64,000 nucleotides of DNA from an uncultured virus (IMG/VR IMGVR_UViG_3300014050_000019) (taxonomy: Duplodnaviria; Heunggongvirae; Uroviricota; Caudoviricetes). Of this stretch, positions 58,201 to 64,000 are shown piece after piece. The stretch's first letter is position 1. Every line of letters starts with the position of its first letter. The stretch lies in the IMG/VR virus record IMGVR_UViG_3300014050_000019; one strand, 5' to 3'. The notes beneath the pieces were generated by a model. The model worked only from the letters and a program-made list of their open reading frames with translations, had not been told where the DNA came from and did not search any database. Both the position numbers and the translations under genes were made by a program.

Positions 58201-58726
58201 CCGATGGCTTATTAACAAGACCAAATATCTTAGCCCCATTTACTCCAAGCCATACTGGATCTCCGTCTACCGATCCAGTTGTATCTACGTTTTCAAGTAA
58301 TCCATTTGTAACTACCTGACCATTTGAATTATTTGATATTGTAGAACTTACTAGCCCAAATGTTTTTGATGAGCCCGATTCAGTAGCATTTGTAGCAGAT
58401 GCAATTAATAGTTTGCCTGATGCTCCGTCAGAGCCTGTTACTCTTACAGGAGTTCCTTTAGTTAAGGATGCCCCGCTCTGATTTCTTACGTCTTGATAAA
58501 TTAATTTTGTGCCAGAAACGCCAGCAGTAATTGCTGCTTCTAATTGGGCAATTTTATAGTCATGAGAAGTTGTTACGGTTGAGCTATTAACTCCAACCTT
58601 AGCCTGCAACTGCTCAATAGCGTCATTTGCGTTTGCATGTTGTGCGGCATGTGAAGGGCTACTTAACTGATCTGTTATTGCGGGATTAGTTAATGAGTCT
58701 AATGAATTTGGAAAATTAGTAGCCAT
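55229..58726 (-). CDS. mosaic fibre/adhesin-like virion protein
   Basis: 8 SQTANLQEWQ-type repeats, YadA-head-like NTAFG repeats, LDTLNELATAL motif, T4 gp34-like C-terminal TLTLPASPSLGD domain; leaderless TGgTATAAT at 58735-58743. Confidence 0.8.
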   Translation of the reverse strand: MATNFPNSLDSLTNPAITDQLSSPSHAAQHANANDAIEQLQAKVGVNSSTVTTSHDYKIAQLEAAITAGVSGTKLIYQDVRNQSGASLTKGTPVRVTGSDGASGKLLIASATNATESGSSKTFGLVSSTISNNSNGQVVTNGLLENVDTTGSVDGDPVWLGVNGAKIFGLVNKPSAPAHLVYLGVVVRGGQQNTGSIFVSIQNGFELHELHNVAINQVQNKNALVYDSTTELWKNYDLSNDFVLAGDLQNSLGDYIPLNVLGQPSGPAALDADGNLIVPENKIIIEGATADANELTIQAPDVTSDITVTLPNATGTLALTSDITTAVNNLVNSAPNTLDTLNELATALGNDANFATTTATSIGNKVSKAGGDVITSSLPSVVGLTIKGATSQTADLQQWQLPDSTTVASMSATTTGASTNGVLKLLGAYGGIVSNGEWKIQRVGGALLILSPNGTVINSVYGGTTLTIQSNSGQTANITEWKNSSGTLMARVAFDGSFTAGGFNGATKFIVDQFGTLSLGTNRNLTGTPTYLFVQSQGATDIGAVIKGHASQTANLQEWQNSAGTVLASISPTGKLTSAVDASINGVVIGMGAGSVSSNTSVGLNSLVSNTTGTYNTAFGNQSLQLNTSGTQNTAFGQNALYNNRTGWYNTAFGQGALQNNNYAYSNTAIGTAAMISNVSGSGNTAVGIASLQSNISGGNNVVIGSNSGYSNSTGSGNIFLGTESGYYETGSNKLYIANTNTTTPLIGGDFSAKTLTFAGNATITSQATGTIGLIVKAIASQTANVFEVQNSSGSTQLAVNQYGVTRALAGGYITTNSAASVVLYVDGVTSQTADLQQWRDSSGNVLAKIQSTGAFNTSWAGSFGTLSNLSSTTLGVVALNSTIVPLVAKGASSQTANLQEWQNSAGTVLANVDSAGFVNGSAYRQIGGNSNGFGIGTISSVLTAFGSGGNATVVPVVVRGASGQTANLQEWQDSTGAVIANMQVNGNMHVSYLDSLSSLGTYLYTGNNEGFQLVNRDAGHIPLKIKGAASQTANLTEWQNSSGTVLAKITSTGALDATAITVNGSPISGGGLTPFSISSNTALSSNSKYFVNTSAVRTLTLPASPSLGDEIQVFDASNLAGTNNVTISSNGGKINGSVQDAIVDVNGGAMVLIYTGSTYGWRAG

Positions 58727-58755
58727 ATATTAGTATTATACCAGCCTTGTCATTA

Positions 58756-58784
58756 AGAAACAGGCCCTAGATTTCTCTAGGGCC
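58756..58784 (-). terminator. intrinsic terminator
   Basis: GGCCCTAGA-gaaa-TCTAGGGCC then TGTTTC. Confidence 0.75.
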
Positions 58785-58804
58785 CGCTTCTTTATTAATT
58801 TTTA

Positions 58805-59077
58805 TTATCCTTCTACTGATGCTGGATTTGGTTTGATATCACCGTTAGAAAGCGCATCTACAAAAGATGTTCCAAATGCTTCTGCGTTCTCTCTAGTGTC
58901 AAACGGACCAGATCTATCTACAACTCTTCCGTCACCATATGTGATGACTACGAGATCTTCGGAGATCTCTTGAGTATATTCAGTAAAAGAGAGTGTAACC
59001 TCTTCAACTGGGAGTGGCTCAGATGATGCAACAAATTCCTCAACTCCAGTTTCTAGTACTTCTGTCTCTTCTGTCAT
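58805..59077 (-). CDS. small acidic hypothetical protein
   Basis: AAGGAG RBS; follows the beta-propeller gene. Confidence 0.6.
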   Translation of the reverse strand: MTEETEVLETGVEEFVASSEPLPVEEVTLSFTEYTQEISEDLVVITYGDGRVVDRSGPFDTRENAEAFGTSFVDALSNGDIKPNPASVEG

Positions 59078-59090
59078 TTTATTATCTCCT

Positions 59091-61604
59091 TTAGATCTTT
59101 GTTAAGTCTACTGCTGGAACTTCATAAATTCCAAAGTATCCTGCGTTTGATGTGTATGGCTGAGTACCCTGATCTTGATCACAGTATCCAATTGCCATAA
59201 ATACGTTTCCAGCTTGTACAAACTTAGAGACTGGGTATGCTCTAAGTGTTTGACGAGTAAAGTATCCTCTTGCCATTGGCAAGTTCATACCGTTTCTCCA
59301 CTGAACGTATCCATGTGATCCTCCACCGTAGCTGTTGCCGTCAGTACCCTGTGAGTTATCTCCACGACGTGCAGTTCTACCAATGAATGCCATTGGAATA
59401 TCTCCAAATACCTGTACTACTGGAACCTGTGCATTGTTAAATGCATGCTGTCTTTCACCAGGAATTGTACCAAAGTTAGCATTTTCTGAACGACCAAGTA
59501 ATGACTGGAACTGATCGTTAGTAGATACAACAGTTTCTACAGTGTTATATAAGAAACCGCTGTTGGTCCTGTCATAAGTTCTTCCATTCATGCCGTAGTG
59601 ATGTGACCATGACTGTAAGTTATTAGAAATTGTTAAGTTAACCACTGCGTTAGATGAGTTTGTTCCATTACCCATGGATGCAATAGCAACTCCGTTGTTG
59701 TAATCGAAGATAAAATCGTCTCCCATTTGTGTGGATGTTGATGTAAAGGTATATGTTGAGTTACCCCATACTACTCCTCTATCACCAATTACTGACATGT
59801 AATCTGGTGGGTTTCCATCGACGGATCTCCAGTATACGCCATTATCTGATGAGTGATACAAATTTTGAGTTCTTGTCCAACCTCCTACCCACTTCTCTCC
59901 TACCCACTTAATAAACTTAGGTGAGTAATCTTGAGAGTTAGGGTTAGCAGATCCTGGAACACCGTTTGAGTTCCATGAAATTTGTGTCCATGTAGTTGTC
60001 TGTCCAGCTGTTTTATTTGGCTTACCAGCTGTTCTATAGAAGTTACGATTATCTGTTGAAATAGCAACATAAACGTCATTTCCATATTCTACTGTAATTG
60101 GAATATGTGAACCTACGTTAAACTCCGATAGCCATGTTTCTCCGTCAAGTGACGTATAAACAGTACCATTAGATGCTCCCAGGAACCATACTCCGTTAAT
60201 AATTTTTAAGAATGCAATCTGCATCTTTGTTCCAGTTCCAGATGATGGACCTGAACCAATTCCAAGGTTTGCACCTGTTCCTGTTGGGTCTACGTTAAAT
60301 CTTGCAGAGAACCAAGTCTTACCGTTATCAAGAGATTCCATAAAGTGGAATCCACCAAATAGTCTTCTCTGTGATAAGAATGCTAGGATTTTATTTGTAC
60401 CCTTTGCAATCATTTCAAGGTTTCCGTAACCTACAGGCAATGCTGTCATCTGCCATGAATCTGGATTAGATGCGTCATCCTGTCTAATTTTACCAAAGTT
60501 TACAACTCTTGAGTTTAGGTTTGTAAATGATGTTGATGTTGTGTACTGAAGAATTTGATCTCCAGAGTTATAAGTCATAATTGCTACCTTTGTTTGACCA
60601 TCTGTTGCAATTGGTAATGTCTGATTCTGAGAGTTATTCATATCTGTACCATTTGAACCAAAGTAGTTGGTTGCATATGTTATCGATGTAGCGTTAAATG
60701 TGCTTCCTGTTGCTGACCAGTATGTGCTTGCGTTACCAGCTCCAGCTGCAATCCACTGTGATGTTGATGCTGCCCAAACTACTCTGTGTAGTTCTGGGGC
60801 ACCAGAAACCTGTGTCTTTGCGTCCCAAAAAATTCCATCTGGTGATGTAGAAAATCTTCCATTTCCACCAACTGATAGAATGATTGTTCCATTAAAGGCC
60901 ATATCATATACGTTTGAGTTGGAATCAAGTGTTGTGTGAGTTCCAAATCCTGTAGTTACTGCTGTCCACGCAAGAGGTGTGTTGCTGGTTGAATAGGCCA
61001 TACGACCATTTGTTCCAGCCATGACCCATCTATTTGCAGATCCTGCAGCATATGTTAATGCGTAGATATCATGAATTGATGAGAAAGCTGCGTTATTAGA
61101 AAGAGTCCATGTAATTGCATCTGTTGAATATGCAAACTTTCCATTATTAGCAACAGCTACATAATAGCCATTTCCAAAACGAACTTTATTAATATATGTT
61201 CCACCGAATGGTGATGTTCTTTCAGTCCATGTGTGCTGATTTGTTCCAGTAAAAATACGTCCTAGACGTGTTACTGCAACCCATTGTCCATTTGCATAAA
61301 TAGCATCTGAGACATAATCCATGTAATATTTAGACTGGTTGATAGGCAGCGGGCCTTTTCCAGAAAACCATTCAGTTCCATTGTGTGACCATGCATGAGC
61401 ACCTTTGGTGCCAAACATAATCCAAATATCGTTACCGTAAGCAATTGTAGTTGCATTGCGTCCAGCATAGTTAGATGTACCTGTACCAGATGCACTAATG
61501 CCACCTTGAGCAAAAGATACTTCTGTAATATATCCAAGACCTGCTGGAACTGCGGTTGTTAAACCTGTTGCAGAGCTGGTTGAAGATAATCTAGTAATCG
61601 CCAT
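59091..61604 (-). CDS. BNR/Asp-box beta-propeller virion protein
   Basis: Repeated S.DG..W / S.DNG.TW and YGN..YVA motifs. Confidence 0.8.
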   Translation of the reverse strand: MAITRLSSTSSATGLTTAVPAGLGYITEVSFAQGGISASGTGTSNYAGRNATTIAYGNDIWIMFGTKGAHAWSHNGTEWFSGKGPLPINQSKYYMDYVSDAIYANGQWVAVTRLGRIFTGTNQHTWTERTSPFGGTYINKVRFGNGYYVAVANNGKFAYSTDAITWTLSNNAAFSSIHDIYALTYAAGSANRWVMAGTNGRMAYSTSNTPLAWTAVTTGFGTHTTLDSNSNVYDMAFNGTIILSVGGNGRFSTSPDGIFWDAKTQVSGAPELHRVVWAASTSQWIAAGAGNASTYWSATGSTFNATSITYATNYFGSNGTDMNNSQNQTLPIATDGQTKVAIMTYNSGDQILQYTTSTSFTNLNSRVVNFGKIRQDDASNPDSWQMTALPVGYGNLEMIAKGTNKILAFLSQRRLFGGFHFMESLDNGKTWFSARFNVDPTGTGANLGIGSGPSSGTGTKMQIAFLKIINGVWFLGASNGTVYTSLDGETWLSEFNVGSHIPITVEYGNDVYVAISTDNRNFYRTAGKPNKTAGQTTTWTQISWNSNGVPGSANPNSQDYSPKFIKWVGEKWVGGWTRTQNLYHSSDNGVYWRSVDGNPPDYMSVIGDRGVVWGNSTYTFTSTSTQMGDDFIFDYNNGVAIASMGNGTNSSNAVVNLTISNNLQSWSHHYGMNGRTYDRTNSGFLYNTVETVVSTNDQFQSLLGRSENANFGTIPGERQHAFNNAQVPVVQVFGDIPMAFIGRTARRGDNSQGTDGNSYGGGSHGYVQWRNGMNLPMARGYFTRQTLRAYPVSKFVQAGNVFMAIGYCDQDQGTQPYTSNAGYFGIYEVPAVDLTKI

Positions 61605-61606
61605 TT

Positions 61607-61957
61607 TTAGTTAATCTCCGTTCCAAACAATGTAATTGAAACTCCACCAGTGTTTGAATAAACTGTTACAACATCTCCTGTTGCCAGTGATGCTGTTGCA
61701 TTTCGTAGTGTTGCTCCTAACGTAATTGCAATTGAATCATTTGCACCTAATGTTGCGTCGTATGCGATGTAGTGCTTTGAAGCCAATGACTCCGCTGCTG
61801 GTCTAATTGCAATACGATATGTTGCTGATGCAGATGTTGTATTTGATACTGAAATTGTTGACACAATTGATTGTGTGCTTGCTGGCACCTGATACACGTC
61901 GGTATTAGTTGCTACTGCTGGGGCTACTTGCCCTAAAACTTTATATATTGTTGGCAT
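61607..61957 (-). CDS. small phage structural protein
   Basis: YKVLGQ..P...T.VY.VP...FG.EI pattern seen in phage virion gene clusters. Confidence 0.65.
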   Translation of the reverse strand: MPTIYKVLGQVAPAVATNTDVYQVPASTQSIVSTISVSNTTSASATYRIAIRPAAESLASKHYIAYDATLGANDSIAITLGATLRNATASLATGDVVTVYSNTGGVSITLFGTEIN

Positions 61958-61961
61958 TTCC

Positions 61962-62258
61962 TTATACTCCTATTAATAGCATTGGGTTAAACGCAATTCT
62001 GCTTTGAATATCAGAAATTGCGGTTGTCGCTGCTGAATTTACTAGATTAACGTTTGTTGTTCCAGCTGAATTAATTGCAGAAACTCGGTCAGCTGTTGCT
62101 GCGACAATATCATTGACGCCCAACATATTACCTAAAGTTTCTAGTGCTTTTGCAATAAAAACTAAATCTTGTGCGCCGTATTGCGTTGCCGCTAAACTTT
62201 GATCGATTTCTGTCTTTACTGCATTTATTTGTGTTGATAAAGTACTGTAATCTGGCAT
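61962..62258 (-). CDS. helical hypothetical protein
   Basis: ORF track; DLVFIAKALE motif. Confidence 0.6.
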   Translation of the reverse strand: MPDYSTLSTQINAVKTEIDQSLAATQYGAQDLVFIAKALETLGNMLGVNDIVAATADRVSAINSAGTTNVNLVNSAATTAISDIQSRIAFNPMLLIGV

Positions 62259-62259
62259 T

Positions 62260-63354
62260 TTATACCTTTCCTCCTACAAAATTAATTCCTGTGATATCTT
62301 GCATATATCTCAACAATCCGAAACCAGTGATGTTTCCAGAATTAATACTAACATTTGTCCTGTTATTTAGCAAGTCATCGGTGACGGTTGCCCCTATGAA
62401 ATTTAGAACAGGTCTTTTTAGCAATGTCGTACCATTAGAGGCTATTACCCCATTAGACTGAGTCTGCCAAGAAGATGATGTTCCGTCTGTGTACAAGAAC
62501 TTGTCGGCATTTCCAGTTTGAGATGGAATAGTTCCTGCAATAGTCAGGGTTCCACCCAATGACACTGGGGCCCCGTTAATAGTAATTGAACTATTAGTCA
62601 GGGCGCTGTTTGGAATATTTGTAAGTGTATTTGATGATCCAGAAATTGTTTTATTTGTTAAAACTTCTGACCCCGTAAGCGATGCTTTTGAGGACAGAGA
62701 TGTTGCTATTGTTGATGCAAAACTTGCATCGTTATTTAATGCTGTTGCCAATTCTTTAAGTGTATTTAAAGCACTTGGTGCTGCATCAATTACTGCGCTT
62801 ACTGCTGTAGATACAGAATTTGTAACATAGGCAGTTGTTGCAATTTGTGTTGTATTTGTCCCAGCTGGCGCTGTTGGCGCTGTTGGAATTCCAGTTAATG
62901 CTGCGTTTGCTAAAATACCAGATGATGCATTTTGAATATCTGTAAGTGTTTGACTAGCAATTGCACTAATTTGATTATATTGATAATTTCCTTCAGAAAC
63001 AACTCTTCCAAGACTTAGGTTTGTTGTTGCTGTTTCAAGGGCCTTCATCTGAAGAAGAAGTTCTTTTGTATCTACATTTACTACTGCAACTCCTACTGCT
63101 CCAGTTACTGCCGTTCCAGTTGCTGGATTAGTTACAGTAAACTGTTGTGTTGTGGCTGAAGCAATTGTGACATTTGCTAAGTTAAACGCTGATGTTGATA
63201 GTCCAGTAATTGTTACTATCTGACCAGCAGAAAATCTGTTACTAGCTGTATAAGTTACCGTTGTACCATTTGAAGATGCGGCGGTAACTGTTGCCGTCAG
63301 TCCTTCAATCTTTGATTTAATTACTGACTCTAGATTTGTATAGTTAAGTGTCAT
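62260..63354 (-). CDS. tail fibre-like protein
   Basis: LTGIPTAPTA..GTNTTQIATTAYV fibre repeat, LNTLKELATAL, LTNKTI, FLYTDG...W. Confidence 0.75.
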   Translation of the reverse strand: MTLNYTNLESVIKSKIEGLTATVTAASSNGTTVTYTASNRFSAGQIVTITGLSTSAFNLANVTIASATTQQFTVTNPATGTAVTGAVGVAVVNVDTKELLLQMKALETATTNLSLGRVVSEGNYQYNQISAIASQTLTDIQNASSGILANAALTGIPTAPTAPAGTNTTQIATTAYVTNSVSTAVSAVIDAAPSALNTLKELATALNNDASFASTIATSLSSKASLTGSEVLTNKTISGSSNTLTNIPNSALTNSSITINGAPVSLGGTLTIAGTIPSQTGNADKFLYTDGTSSSWQTQSNGVIASNGTTLLKRPVLNFIGATVTDDLLNNRTNVSINSGNITGFGLLRYMQDITGINFVGGKV

Positions 63355-63362
63355 GATTCTCC

Positions 63363-64000
63363 TTATAGTCCAGCCAACGCTAAGACTTCAACATCTGATA
63401 ATTGACTAGATGTAGCAAATCCCGCTGTATTAAATGCAGTTGTTTGAATTGTATTATCTGGAAATTTAATTCCTGCTCCTGCTGGAGAAGTTGGAATTAA
63501 TACATTTCCATTTGAATCAGTCTTGGCAACTCCATCTGCAAAACCAACTACTGATAGAGGAACATAGTCACCTATGCTATTTCCAATATTATTTAATTGA
63601 TTTTGAACATTAGAGTCTAAGCCAGATAGATAATTTATCTCAGATGAAGTAACTGTAACTCCATCTAGAATATTAAGTTCTGCGGCAGATGCTGTTACAT
63701 CTGTTATATTTGAAAGCGTATGAGTGTGTCCTGTAGAAGCTTTACTATTAATTTGTGATTGAATTCCTGATGTTACTCCATCAAGGTATCCGATTTCAGT
63801 ATCTGAAACACCTGATACACGAGTTTGAATTGTAGAAGTATTTACAGAAATGGATCCTGTATTATCATTATAAGAAAGTCCAGTACCAACATTATTTCCC
63901 ACTGCATCTTGAGCTGCTTCATCAAAATCTGTTATATTTGAAGAAGTGTGGGTATGACCTGTTGCAGATTTACCTGCAAGAAGTGTGTCTACCTCTGATT
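63363..64000 (-). CDS. tail fibre-like protein, 5' end outside window
   Basis: Frame is open to the window edge; two K..TGHTHT..NITD repeats, EIGYLDGVTS repeats, IKFPDNTIQTTA. Confidence 0.75.
   Translation of the reverse strand, partial: SEVDTLLAGKSATGHTHTSSNITDFDEAAQDAVGNNVGTGLSYNDNTGSISVNTSTIQTRVSGVSDTEIGYLDGVTSGIQSQINSKASTGHTHTLSNITDVTASAAELNILDGVTVTSSEINYLSGLDSNVQNQLNNIGNSIGDYVPLSVVGFADGVAKTDSNGNVLIPTSPAGAGIKFPDNTIQTTAFNTAGFATSSQLSDVEVLALAGL

Noticed and set aside
12594..61537. Short nested minus-strand out-of-frame ORFs (e.g. 12594..12818, 14751..15017, 53909..54208, 55969..56265)
   Set aside because: Fully inside larger genes, with no RBS or motif support.
229..62461. All plus-strand ORFs in the track (e.g. 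229..540, 3428..3739, 43047..43400, 48678..49241)
   Set aside because: They are antisense shadows of well-supported minus-strand genes, with no recognisable motifs.
1..64000. Stop-codon reassignment, or a prophage/host junction
   Set aside because: Long genes translate intact in the standard code with TAA, TAG and TGA all used as stops; no integrase, att-like boundary or run of host housekeeping genes was seen.

Overview
The whole window is a slice of a large, AT-rich tailed dsDNA phage genome. Every credible gene is on the minus strand. Read in the direction of transcription (64 kb to 1), the modules are: accessory virion fibre/adhesin genes; portal, protease-scaffold and major capsid; head-tail connectors; major tail protein; a -1 frameshifted tail assembly chaperone; a 2117-aa tape measure protein and minor tail proteins; a Cys/Thr-rich fibre followed by a GT60-like glycosyltransferase cassette; a replication/recombination block (DnaB, primase, SSB, DnaE, MazG-like, RecA, Cas4-like, two resolvases); methyltransferases; terminase; a tRNA(CAU); a stress cluster (Dps, Hsp20, SNase-like nuclease, FmdB zinc ribbon); and a membrane-anchored Pro-repeat surface protein. 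This gene order (terminase far from portal, DnaE polymerase) and the many leaderless TANNNT promoters suggest a siphovirus of Actinobacteria, resembling Streptomyces cluster BE-like or freshwater actinophages. That host call is inference. The most notable signals are: (1) a possible virion O-glycosylation module (poly-Thr, 18-Cys fibre tail next to a GT60-like enzyme); (2) a ROSE-like RNA thermometer on the phage hsp20; (3) a structured leader ending in a compact H-type pseudoknot before the nuclease gene; (4) a promoter followed immediately by a terminator at the head of the replication block. All product calls come from motif recognition by eye, without database searches. No lysis, integrase or CRISPR features were seen.
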